The notes beneath the pieces were generated by a model that saw only the letters and a list, made by a program, of their open reading frames with translations, had not been told where the DNA came from and searched no databases. From Phycisphaerae bacterium (GTDB taxonomy: Bacteria; Planctomycetota; Phycisphaerae; UBA1845): 64,000 bases of DNA. The position numbers and the translations under genes are program-made. Below, piece after piece: positions 9,346 through 18,426 of the stretch. Position 1 is the stretch's first letter; each line of letters starts with the position of its first letter. The DNA lies in contig JAJVHU010000049.1 in the NCBI GenBank assembly GCA_022072505.1, forward strand, positions 36,915 through 100,914, in the 5' to 3' direction.

Positions 9346-10205
9346 TCAAAAGGCTCCAGGATGCCCCGCGGCGAGCAGTGCAGCGGATAAGGAATGACGT
9401 TGCCTTCCGCGTCGTGCGCATACCCCAGCGACCCCACGACGCTCGCCGCGAAGAAGTCATACTTCTCGAACCGGCTCTCGCAGAGGTTCCACGTCCGGTT
9501 CAGGTTCGTCTTCGCGAAGATCCGCGGATCGTCGAAGCACTCGGGGCAGTAATCCCCCTTGCACAGCACGATCGCCACCGGCGTGTCGATCTTCTCCCCG
9601 CGTTTCTTCGCAAAAATGCCGTCCAGATACGACAGCAGCTTCAACGCGAAGAAGTCCGGCTGCGGAGAACCCGCCGCCGCCACCCCCGCGTCCACCAGCA
9701 GCAGCGACCCCGCGCTCTTCTCCAGCAGGCTGCGGATCACCGTGTACGTCTTCGGCGACGACACCTCCGCCGCCAGCGCTTCGCCGGCCATGTCCGGCAT
9801 GACCAGGTCGTAGATCATGTCGCCGTGGCGGTGATGCGCCACCTGGTAGTACGCCCAGTGCCACTGATCGACTTCCGTCGGCGTCTTCGGCGGGAACTGC
9901 CGCGTCCCCAGGTGACTGACCACGTTGTGCTGAAGGTTGACCGAGTATGCGCCCTTCGGCACGGCCTCGAAGTCCCCGGCGCGCTTGCTGAGCATGTCCA
10001 GCAGCGTCCCGAGGTACACCGTCTTCCCCGTGTTGCTCTCCCCGATCACGCTGACGATGCACGGGTCGCGGTCCTGCGCCGCGGCCTCATGAATCAGCGC
10101 CATCGGCGCGTAACACCGCGAGCAGACCAGCGCGTCCGGCTTGTTGTCCGCCTCGCAGATCAGGCACGGCGTCGACGCCGTCGTCATCATCGTCGTCGTC
10201 AGCAT
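9321..10205 (-). CDS. Zn-ribbon-fused P-loop GTPase (TRAFAC-like)
   Basis: CLIC-x10-CSRC ribbon at the N-terminus. GESNTGKT is the Walker A/G1 motif, VMPDMAGE is DxxG/G3, and IVLCKGD sits at the NKxD/G4 position. Confidence 0.75.
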   Translation of the reverse strand: MLTTTMMTTASTPCLICEADNKPDALVCSRCYAPMALIHEAAAQDRDPCIVSVIGESNTGKTVYLGTLLDMLSKRAGDFEAVPKGAYSVNLQHNVVSHLGTRQFPPKTPTEVDQWHWAYYQVAHHRHGDMIYDLVMPDMAGEALAAEVSSPKTYTVIRSLLEKSAGSLLLVDAGVAAAGSPQPDFFALKLLSYLDGIFAKKRGEKIDTPVAIVLCKGDYCPECFDDPRIFAKTNLNRTWNLCESRFEKYDFFAASVVGSLGYAHDAEGNVIPYPLHCSPRGILEPFEWTLAHLS

Positions 10206-10260
10206 GAATGCGCTCTTTCAAACAATCCCGCCGGCTCTTGATGACCCGCCCGCCGCCCGC

Positions 10261-11292
10261 CTACGCGTTCATCCACGGCGCGTCCTCCAGGTTCATCGCA
10301 AGACGAAACCCCAGATTGTGCGTCCGACCCAGGGCGATCTGACCCGTGCGGAACTGGCTCGTCGCCTGCGCCTCGAAATACGCGTCGAACGCCGCCCCGC
10401 GCACCGCGTACATCGGCATCTCCCCGACGATCGGCTGGCCCTCCGGATCGAAAATCTCGAACCGCGACGACGTCCACTCCCAGACGTTGCCCACCAGTTG
10501 GCGCACGCCGTTCGGCGCCGCCCCTTCCGGGTACGCGTCCACCGCAACCGTCGTCCCCACGCCCGTCAACCAGACGTTGCACCGCTGCGTGTTCATCGCG
10601 TCGCCCCACGGAAAGCGCCGCAACACGTCCGCGTCGCTCTTCACGTGCCAGCTCGCCGCCATCTGCCACTCCGCCTCCGTCGGCAGGCGCTTCCCCGCCC
10701 ACGCCGCATACGCCATCGCCTCGTACCAGCACACCCCCACCACCGGATGATCCGACAACCGCCGGTCGTGACGACCCTCACGCCAGTAACGCGGCGCCGT
10801 CGCACCGGTCCGATCCTTCATCTCGATGATGTGCGGCCAGATGTCCTCCGGCCACAGCGGCAGTTCGTCGTACCCCCCCGCGTCCACGAAGTGCTGAAAC
10901 TGCGCGTTCGTCACACAGAAAACGTCAAGCAGAAAAGGCGACACCGACGTCGCCGCCTCTCCGTCGTCGCCGTCGCCGTCGATCCGCGGAAAAAGCGCGA
11001 TCTCCCCGGCCGGAACCAGCGCCATCCCCGCCTCGAGACACTGCTCCGCCTCCTGAAGCAGCGGACGCGCCGACGGGTGCGTCTTCCACCGGTCCGCCTG
11101 CCGCAGCGCCGCCGCGTGCCGCTGCTGCCGCAGCATCTCACGCAGCGGATCGTCGTCCGGAAACTCCCGCGGAGCGGGTTCGTACGTCGTCATCAGGTGG
11201 GGCGGTTCGTTCACCGCCGCGCGCGCCCGCGCACCCGAAGATCGCCCGCCGTTGCCCCCTTTCTTCAGCCGGTCAAAAAGTCTCAGGCCCAT
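10261..11292 (-). CDS. Cytoplasmic FGE/SUMF1-domain (formylglycine-generating enzyme family) protein
   Basis: HPVVGVCWYEAMAYAAWAGKRLPTEAEW, VRQLVGNVWEWTSS and THNLGFRLAMN. There is no hydrophobic signal at the N-terminus. ATG at 11292 has GAGGAAGG 8 nt upstream. Confidence 0.85.
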   Translation of the reverse strand: MGLRLFDRLKKGGNGGRSSGARARAAVNEPPHLMTTYEPAPREFPDDDPLREMLRQQRHAAALRQADRWKTHPSARPLLQEAEQCLEAGMALVPAGEIALFPRIDGDGDDGEAATSVSPFLLDVFCVTNAQFQHFVDAGGYDELPLWPEDIWPHIIEMKDRTGATAPRYWREGRHDRRLSDHPVVGVCWYEAMAYAAWAGKRLPTEAEWQMAASWHVKSDADVLRRFPWGDAMNTQRCNVWLTGVGTTVAVDAYPEGAAPNGVRQLVGNVWEWTSSRFEIFDPEGQPIVGEMPMYAVRGAAFDAYFEAQATSQFRTGQIALGRTHNLGFRLAMNLEDAPWMNA

Positions 11293-11326
11293 CACGCTGA
11301 CCTTCCTCGCCGATCCCGCGGCGTCG

Positions 11327-12394
11327 CTACGCCCCGATCGCCTTCCGCTTCGCGTCGCGCCGCAGCTTCTTGAACTGGTCCGCCTGTCCCGGTTTCTCCC
11401 CTGGCGCGACCGGAGCGGATGTGGACGGCGTCGGAACCGGCGGCATCGCCCGCGGCGGAGGCGGCGTGAACGCCGCCCCTCCCGTCGCTCCCAACCGGCG
11501 CATCAACTCCTCCCGCTGTGCCGCGACTTCCGACAAGTCGTGCTGGAGCTGCGCCTGAAGCGCCTGGATCGTCTCCTGCGCCGCCGACATTTCCGCCGCC
11601 CGCAGCTCGCACTGCTTCCACTGCACCGTCATCTGCTGCTCCCGCTCGTCCAGGACGCGCCGCTGCTGCTCCAACTGCCCCGCCGCCTGACGGACGTACG
11701 CCTCCTGCTGCGCGACTTGCGTCCGCAGCCCTTCAACCTCCCGATGTTGCGCCTCCGCCCGGGCCAGCGCCTCTGACGCCTCGGACTCCCGCGCCGAAAG
11801 CTCCGCCTCGACCGCCTCCACCCGCGCCCGCTCCGCCTCGACCGCCTTGCGCTCCCGCGCCAGCTCCGCCGCCTCCCGCGCCCGCCGATCCTCGATCTCG
11901 GACGTGGACCGCGCCAGCGTCGACTGAAGCTCCTCGATCGTCCCCCGATCCTCCGCCAGCTTCGTCTCCCGCGCCTTCAGCGCCTCCTCGCGCTTCGCCA
12001 GCGCCGCCAGCAGCGTCTTCAACTCGGACTGCTTCGACTGCGCCTCCCCTGACTGCCGCTGGGCGTCCGCGAACGTCGCCGCCAGCGCCGTCTCTCGTTC
12101 CGAAAGCGCCGCCGCCTTCTCGTCGAGTTCCGCCCGGATCCGGTCCAGATCCTGCTGCGCCCGACGTCGCTGCGCCTCCCACGCCTCGCGATCCTTCGCC
12201 GCTTTCTGCTGGTCGATCGACAGCGCGTCCGCACGCAGTTCCGCGTCGGCAACTCTCGCCTGAAGCGCCTCGATCTGCTCGCGCAGCCCCGCGCGCACCG
12301 CCTCCACTGCGGCGAGAAGATCCCGCCCGGCGGCGTGAAGCCCTTCCGCCTCGGGACGCGTCTGCGGTTCGGATCGATCAGTCCGTTCTTGCAT
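11327..12394 (-). CDS. Coiled-coil protein (355 aa), first gene of the GTPase operon
   Basis: This is the C-terminal part of the 1322-aa track ORF. From ATG 12394 (MQERTD...) the sequence is continuous E/A/R/L/Q heptad-like text, then a Pro-rich segment and the basic tail KKLRRDAKRKAIGA. G-ending codon bias matches the neighbouring genes. Confidence 0.65.
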   Translation of the reverse strand: MQERTDRSEPQTRPEAEGLHAAGRDLLAAVEAVRAGLREQIEALQARVADAELRADALSIDQQKAAKDREAWEAQRRRAQQDLDRIRAELDEKAAALSERETALAATFADAQRQSGEAQSKQSELKTLLAALAKREEALKARETKLAEDRGTIEELQSTLARSTSEIEDRRAREAAELARERKAVEAERARVEAVEAELSARESEASEALARAEAQHREVEGLRTQVAQQEAYVRQAAGQLEQQRRVLDEREQQMTVQWKQCELRAAEMSAAQETIQALQAQLQHDLSEVAAQREELMRRLGATGGAAFTPPPPRAMPPVPTPSTSAPVAPGEKPGQADQFKKLRRDAKRKAIGA

Positions 12395-12685
12395 GAGGTC
12401 GTCGCTTCGTTCCTCGTCCGCGCCCGGCGCGCGGCGCCCGGCTCCGGTACTTCCACTATAAGATCGTCGGCGAAGCGCCCCGCCGTCGTTAGGCGCGGAC
12501 GCCTCACGGGCACGCCCCGCCCAATAACGCGCCCTCCCCCTGAATTGCGCCGCCGACGCCCCCTCGATCCCGCCCCCTATCGGACTCACCCGCCTCGACC
12601 GCTTACTGCCGACCGCCGTTGTGCCGATTCCCTTAATACGCAACACCGCGCGGAATCCACCGGGCGGGAAGGAGTCCAGACGCGC

Positions 12686-15600
12686 ATGCCGACCACTCAA
12701 CCCCTCGCCGAACTGCTGCAATCCGTGGACCGCGCCGTCGCGCCCTTCGAGTCCGCGCTCGCCGACTTCTTCACCCGCGTCGAATCCTGGGAGGCCTCCT
12801 CCGAACAATCCTCCCGCCAGCAGCACTCCGTCCGCGCCGCCCTCGACCGTCGGCAGTCCGAACTCGATGCCCGTGAGAAGGAACTCGACGACGAAGCCCG
12901 CCGCGTCGCCGACGCCGTCAACGCGCTTGTCGTTCAGAAAGAAGGCCTCGAACAACTCCGCCACGATGTCGAGCGCGGCCGCAAGGACTGCGAACGTCGG
13001 CAGCACGATCTTAAGAACCAGATCGCCGAGCTGGAGAAAATCCGCGACCAGATCATGCAGTCGCGCGAGCGCCTCGACCTCGACCGCGAGACGCTCCAGC
13101 GGGACGCCGATCGTCTCGCACACGAGCAACGTCTGCTCCGCGAGCAGCAGAACTCGCTGACCTCGCGTGAGTCCGCGATGAAGGAGCGCCTCGCCGCCCT
13201 CGACGTCCGTTCCGGCGAACTCGACGCCCGCGAGACCTCGATCCAGCAGCGCGCCCTCGAGACCGAGGAACGCGACGTCGCGTTCCACGGCAGGGAGAAG
13301 GAGCTGGCCGCGCGCGCCGCGACTCTCGAACGCGATCAGCTCGCCGCCACGCGCGAGCGCGAACTGCTCGACGCCCGCCGCCGCGATCTGGAAGCCGACT
13401 CCGCTGAACTGGAAACCGCCCGCCGCGCCCTCGAGGAGCAGACCCGTGCCGCCGCGACTGCCGCCGCCGAGCAGGCCCGCGACGCGGACGCACGCGCTCG
13501 CGATGTTGAAAAACGACTCCGCGCCCTCGACGCCCGCGAGAAAAGACTCGACGCCCGGCAGGAATCCCTCGACGCCGCGCTCAAAGAACTGGAAACCGCC
13601 CGCACGCGCTTCGAGACGGAATCCGCCGCGAAGGAGGAGACCCTGGCCGATCGCCTCCGCGAACTCACCGAACTGAAGGAGGGCTCGCAGGCCGATCAGG
13701 ACCGTCTCCGAAACGGATTCGCCGAAATCGAAAAAGTCCGCGCGGAACTCAAGGAACGCGACGCCGCGCTCAAAACCGAGCAACGCAGGCTCGAAGACGA
13801 ACGCCGCGCGTTCGAAGCCCAGGTCCGCAAGCAGCAGGAGTTCGTCGACAATCTCGGGTCCGCCGAGAAGGATCTGCTCGCACGCGAGACCCGCCTCCAG
13901 GATCAGTCGGCGCAGCTCGCCGCCCGGGATTCCGAAGGCGCCCGCCGCGCCGAGGAGCTGGCGGCGCAGGAGAAGTCCCTCGCCGCGCGTCTCGCCGAAC
14001 TGAATCCGCGCGCCGCCGAACTCGACGCCGCCGAAGCCCGCCTCGCCGATCGCGCCGCGGCGATCGAGGCCCAGGCCGCCGCGATCGTCGAACGTGAGCG
14101 GATGTCCGCCGCCGCGGCGCGCGAGCTCGAGGCCCGCGAACGCGAACTCGTCCGCGCACGCCAGCAGATTGAGCAGAACGCCCGTCAGGACGCCGCCAAC
14201 CTCGACGCCCAGCGCGCCGACCTGGCCGAGCGCCTCGCCCACCTCGAACGCCGCGAAGCCGATCTGCTCGACGTGCAAGGGCAGATCGACGCCGCCCAGC
14301 GGCGACTTGCCGACGTCGAACGCGCCGCCGAAACAAAGACCCGCGCCCTCAAGGCCGACCGCGACGCCTTCGAGCAGGCCCGCGCCGCCTTCGAGCAGAC
14401 CCTCCGCTGCGACCGCGCCGCGCTCGCCGCGCGCCACGCCGAACTCGACGAGCAGACGCGCCTCCTCGACGACCGGGAGGCCCGCCTCGCCGCCCGGCAG
14501 GAGGACGCCGTCCGCGTCGAAACCGAATTGCGCGAACGTGAAACTCGCGCCCGTGCCCGCCTCGACGAACTCGCCGCGAAGGACCGCGACGTCCGCACGA
14601 CCCAGGAACGCCTCAGTCACGAGCAGACGCAGCTCGAACAACGCGCCGCACAACTGGACCAGCGCCGACAGGAACTCGACGAACTCGCGGATCAGGTCGA
14701 CCGCCTCAAGGCGCAATCCAGCGCCAGGGAGGAGTCCCTCGCCTCCGACGCCTCCTCGATCCAGAAAACGCAACGCGAGCTTCAGAAGGCGCTCAAGGAG
14801 ACCGGCGCCCGCGCCCGCGAACTCGACGATCGCAAGCAGGCCCTGGAAAACCGCGAACGCCAGATCGCCGACGCCGACGCCGAACTCGCCAGCCGAAAAC
14901 GCCAACTTGAAGAACTCGAAGCGTCCTTCGACGGCGCTCGCCGCACCGCCGAGGAGACCGAGGCTCGACTCCGGCAGCAGTGGGCGGCCTTGGACCGCGC
15001 CCGCGAGGAATTCGAGGACCGCCAGAAACACGTCCAGTCTGAAAGCGAGAAGCATCGCCTCGAACTCGACGCCCTCCGCGAGCAGATCTACGCCACCCGG
15101 GAGGAACTCGAAGCCCAGCGCTCCGCCCTCGGCGCCTCGTCCGGCGAACTCCGCGAACGCGCCGCCCTCGTCGATCAGCAGCAGCGCGAACTCGCCGAGC
15201 ATCAGCGCCAGCTCGACGCCCAGCGACAGCGCCTCGAAGCCTACAAATCCGAACTCGACGCCCGCCAGTCCGCCCTCGACGGCGCCGGCGCGCACGCCGA
15301 TCAGACCCGTACCGAAGCCGAGCAGCAGCTCCGCGCCCTCCGCGAGGAACTCGAAACTCGCCAGCGCGCCCTCGACGAGCAGCTCGAAAAATCACGCGCG
15401 GAACTCGACGCGCTTCGCGACGAGCTTCAGGCCGAACGCGCCGCGTTCCTCGCCGAACGCGAGCAGGCCGCTTCATCCCCCGCGACGACTGCGGCCGACG
15501 CGACGACCCCCGCGACCGTCGCCGGCGACGACCCGGAGGCCGACCTCCTGTGCGGGCTTGCGATCGCCGAGTTCTGGCGCAACTTTGATTTCCCGGAACA

Positions 15601-16117
15601 CGCCGCAACCGCCGCGCACCCGGCCTCGACGGACAGCCTCGACACTGAAGCCTCCTCCGGCGCCCCGGCGGGAAACTCCGCCGCCGCGGACCCTCTCGCG
15701 GAATTTGACGCGCCAGAACCCGAGTCGGGAGACACCGCCCAGGAGGATGAAGCACTCGGCCAGGACGACGACCAGCTCGCGGCCCTGCGCCGCGCCGCCG
15801 CCGCCGCCCGCGCGGAGATCGAGGCGACGCGCAACGGTGAGGACGCCCTGCCCACCACGCCCCTGATCACCCCCCCAACGCCGACGATCGACAACGCCGC
15901 ACCCGCCGCGGAGGAGACCGCCCCCGCCGCGCCGCGCCGCCCGGAGGACGAGAACCCGGCGCTCATCGAAAGTCTCGATCAGGACGCCCGCGAACGCCTC
16001 AAGGCCCTGCGCCGCATCAACCCCAACCGCACCCTCTCCGAACTCATTGAGATGGTGAAACACGAGTCGCGCGTCAAAGGCGACTCGTCGAAAAAGAAAT
16101 CCTGGTGGAAACGCTGA
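12686..16117 (+). CDS. Giant coiled-coil protein (1143 aa)
   Basis: ATG at 12686 has GGAAGGAG 11 nt upstream. There are about 900 aa of uninterrupted E/R/A/L/D/Q repeats (LDAREKELDDEARR, LEARERELVRARQQ and similar), then an acidic A/P/T-rich linker and a basic C-terminus LSELIEMVKHESRVKGDSSKKKSWWKR. The track ORF starts earlier, at 12335. Confidence 0.75.
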   Translation: MPTTQPLAELLQSVDRAVAPFESALADFFTRVESWEASSEQSSRQQHSVRAALDRRQSELDAREKELDDEARRVADAVNALVVQKEGLEQLRHDVERGRKDCERRQHDLKNQIAELEKIRDQIMQSRERLDLDRETLQRDADRLAHEQRLLREQQNSLTSRESAMKERLAALDVRSGELDARETSIQQRALETEERDVAFHGREKELAARAATLERDQLAATRERELLDARRRDLEADSAELETARRALEEQTRAAATAAAEQARDADARARDVEKRLRALDAREKRLDARQESLDAALKELETARTRFETESAAKEETLADRLRELTELKEGSQADQDRLRNGFAEIEKVRAELKERDAALKTEQRRLEDERRAFEAQVRKQQEFVDNLGSAEKDLLARETRLQDQSAQLAARDSEGARRAEELAAQEKSLAARLAELNPRAAELDAAEARLADRAAAIEAQAAAIVERERMSAAAARELEARERELVRARQQIEQNARQDAANLDAQRADLAERLAHLERREADLLDVQGQIDAAQRRLADVERAAETKTRALKADRDAFEQARAAFEQTLRCDRAALAARHAELDEQTRLLDDREARLAARQEDAVRVETELRERETRARARLDELAAKDRDVRTTQERLSHEQTQLEQRAAQLDQRRQELDELADQVDRLKAQSSAREESLASDASSIQKTQRELQKALKETGARARELDDRKQALENRERQIADADAELASRKRQLEELEASFDGARRTAEETEARLRQQWAALDRAREEFEDRQKHVQSESEKHRLELDALREQIYATREELEAQRSALGASSGELRERAALVDQQQRELAEHQRQLDAQRQRLEAYKSELDARQSALDGAGAHADQTRTEAEQQLRALREELETRQRALDEQLEKSRAELDALRDELQAERAAFLAEREQAASSPATTAADATTPATVAGDDPEADLLCGLAIAEFWRNFDFPEHAATAAHPASTDSLDTEASSGAPAGNSAAADPLAEFDAPEPESGDTAQEDEALGQDDDQLAALRRAAAAARAEIEATRNGEDALPTTPLITPPTPTIDNAAPAAEETAPAAPRRPEDENPALIESLDQDARERLKALRRINPNRTLSELIEMVKHESRVKGDSSKKKSWWKR

Positions 16118-16336
16118 CGCCCGATCCGGCAACCGGCGGAAATCCCTGTCCCGGTCGGAAGTTTGCGGCCAACGCACCTCGGTGGAGAAGCCGGCGACTT
16201 GCCCCGCGGACGCGCATGCCGCCGCCGTCTCCCTGCACGAATCCCGCGGTCCCCGCGGCGCTTGCCGCTGCGCCAACCCGGTCGGGCTGCCGCGATCATG
16301 ATCGAGACGCGGGCGGCGGCTCGGACCCGCCGCGCC

Positions 16337-16795
16337 TCACGCCGTCTCCTCGCCCAACTGCTTCTCGAAGATCACCAGGTTCCCCAGCGTCCGCGAGTCA
16401 TACCGGATGCCCACGATCGAAAATCCGTGCGACAGCGCGACGTGCAGCACCGGACGGTGGTGATTGTAACACTCGAAACGCACCATCTCGTAGTCGTTTT
16501 CCCGACACCACGCTTCCTGCGCCTCCAGCAGTTGCGACGCCACCCCCATCCGACGCGCTTCCGGCAGCACCCCGATCAACCACGCGTAATACGTCGTGTA
16601 ACGCAGCTCATATCCCACGAGGAACCCCGTCGGCCGGCGCTCCAGCTCCGCCACCATCATCAGCGACACCCGGTGCGCCTCCAGGCGGCGGCGGAAGTAG
16701 GCGTGGTCCTGCGGCGGCTGAAAGATCTGACCGTAAAGGGTCACGATCAGATCCAGTTCGTCCATCCCCACAATATCGATCTTGACGCTCGCCAT
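16337..16795 (-). CDS. GNAT-family N-acetyltransferase
   Basis: 152 aa. IGVLPEARRMGVASQLLEAQEAW is the acetyl-CoA-binding Q/RxxGxG/A-type segment. Confidence 0.8.
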   Translation of the reverse strand: MASVKIDIVGMDELDLIVTLYGQIFQPPQDHAYFRRRLEAHRVSLMMVAELERRPTGFLVGYELRYTTYYAWLIGVLPEARRMGVASQLLEAQEAWCRENDYEMVRFECYNHHRPVLHVALSHGFSIVGIRYDSRTLGNLVIFEKQLGEETA

Positions 16796-17008
16796 CGGCG
16801 TGTTCTCCGGTCCTTATGCCGCGCTACGGCGCCCTGGGTTCTCGATCTCGGTGTCCGCGCAGTGCCCGCCGCGGTTTCGTCGCGGCCGCGGGGGGTATCA
16901 TAGGTGTATTCCGTCGCCGCGCCACGCCCCGGTGGCGAGCCGATCGCGCCGCCCTTAAAATCCGCCCGCGGGAGAGGCCGAACGCGCTTCGCCCCGGGAG
17001 ACCCATCA

Positions 17009-17536
17009 TTGTCGGAGTTTCACGCCAACCTCTGGGCGCCCTGGCGGATGCAGTACATCCGGTCTCTCGCCGAGGACGCCCGCGACGACGCCTGCTTCCT
17101 CTGCCGGTACGCCGCGGACCCGGCGTCGGATCGCGCGCATCATGTTCTGTGGCGCACCCCCGCCTGCCTCGTCGTGATGAACCGCTTCCCCTACACCAAC
17201 GGACACCTGATGATCGCGCCCCGCCGACACGTCGGCGAGTTCGAGGAACTGGACGACTTGACCCTGTGCGACCTGATGCGATCGACGCGCGACGCCGTCC
17301 GCGTCCTCCGCGCCGTCGTCCGCGCCCAGGGGTTCAACGTCGGATTCAATCTCGGCGTCTGCGCCGGAGCGGGGCTCCCGGGGCACGTCCACGCCCACGT
17401 CGTCCCCCGCTGGGCTGGCGACACGAATTACATGGCCGTCCTCGGCCAGGTCCGCGTCATCCCCGACGCCCTCGACGCCCTTTATGAGGAATTGCGCACC
17501 GAGGTCCGTCGCCAGGGGTACGCCCCGAACGAGTAA
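17009..17536 (+). CDS. HIT-family nucleotide hydrolase/transferase
   Basis: LWAPWRMQYI, NRFPYTNGHLMIAPRRH and the histidine triad GHVHAHVVPRW. TTG at 17009 is preceded by GGGAGA. The track ORF begins at 16904. Confidence 0.8.
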   Translation: MSEFHANLWAPWRMQYIRSLAEDARDDACFLCRYAADPASDRAHHVLWRTPACLVVMNRFPYTNGHLMIAPRRHVGEFEELDDLTLCDLMRSTRDAVRVLRAVVRAQGFNVGFNLGVCAGAGLPGHVHAHVVPRWAGDTNYMAVLGQVRVIPDALDALYEELRTEVRRQGYAPNE

Positions 17537-17778
17537 GAGAACCACGCGGATCCCGGTTTTCACCATCACAAACGCCGTCCGGGACGCTTATCGGGCTTGT
17601 CCCGGCGGCACGCGCGACCGTCGCTTGTGACGCGCCGCCTCTTTCCTTATATTCTCCCCCTTCCTGGAGCGGCGCGCAGTGGAACGTCAGGGCGTTCATC
17701 CTCGAAATTCGGCGCGACGCGAGCGGGGCGGGCGCAGGCGATGCGCCGCGGGGCATCATCGAAAACGGAGCGAAATCA

Positions 17779-18399
17779 GTGTCAACCGTCAAGGCAACCA
17801 ACATCACCTGGCATGAGGGTCACGTCAGCCGCGCCGAGCGCGAAGCGCTGCTCAAGCAGAAGGGCGTCCTGCTCTGGTTCACCGGGCTGAGCGGATCCGG
17901 AAAGAGCACCATCGCGTACACCCTCGAACACGCCCTCGTGCAGCGCGGGCGACTCGCCTACGTTCTGGACGGAGACAACATCCGCCACGGCCTGAACAAG
18001 AACCTCGGCTTCTCCGCCGAGGACCGGGCCGAGAACATCCGCCGCATCGGCGAAGTCGGCAAGCTCTTTGTCGACGCGGGCGTCATCACGATGACCTCGT
18101 TCATCAGCCCCTACCGGTCGGACCGCGACGCGGCGCGCAAGACCGTCGGCGAGGGCAACTTCTTCGAAATCTTCTGCGACACGCCGATCGAAGTCTGCGA
18201 GCAACGCGACCCGAAGGGCCTGTATAAGAAGGCCCGCGCCGGCGAGATCAAGGGCTTCACCGGCATCGACGATCCCTACGAAGCGCCGCTGAATCCCGAA
18301 CTGGTGATCGACAACTCGAAGTGTACGCCCCAGGAAGCCGCCGTCCGGCTCATCGAGCTGCTCGAAAAACAAGGGAAAATCACCGGTCTGAAGGATTGA
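17779..18399 (+). CDS. cysC: Adenylylsulfate (APS) kinase
   Basis: LLWFTGLSGSGKSTIA, YVLDGDNIRHGLNKNLGFSAEDRAENIRR and TSFISPYRSDRD. Confidence 0.93.
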   Translation: MSTVKATNITWHEGHVSRAEREALLKQKGVLLWFTGLSGSGKSTIAYTLEHALVQRGRLAYVLDGDNIRHGLNKNLGFSAEDRAENIRRIGEVGKLFVDAGVITMTSFISPYRSDRDAARKTVGEGNFFEIFCDTPIEVCEQRDPKGLYKKARAGEIKGFTGIDDPYEAPLNPELVIDNSKCTPQEAAVRLIELLEKQGKITGLKD

Positions 18400-18426
18400 T
18401 GAGGGCGAGGCGCCCGGGCGACAGGC

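Noticed and set aside
7795-9390. 531-aa plus-strand ORF, plus 7836..8543 and 8021..8497, opposite the orphan gene of the GTPase operon.
   Set aside because: The translation is R/P/Q/H-rich with runs of RRR, typical of the antisense frame of a high-GC gene. The minus-strand frame has a balanced composition, the local codon bias and operon context.
10261-11292. Diversity-generating retroelement target. FGE/C-type-lectin folds are the classic DGR variable-protein scaffold. The same question applies to 47080..48504.
   Set aside because: The window holds no reverse transcriptase gene. There is no template/variable repeat pair, meaning no second near-identical copy of either gene's 3' end with adenine-specific differences.
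12395-15295. Upstream 967 codons of the 1322-aa minus-strand ORF 11327..15295.
   Set aside because: It reads as F/G/L/A/E-rich nonsense (GAVEGGLAGVEFGFVGFEAL...). It stays open only because it is antisense to the GAG/GCC/CGC/CTC-rich coiled-coil gene on the + strand, which has an SD-preceded ATG, a coherent heptad sequence and a distinct C-terminus. Only the part from ATG 12394 downstream is kept.
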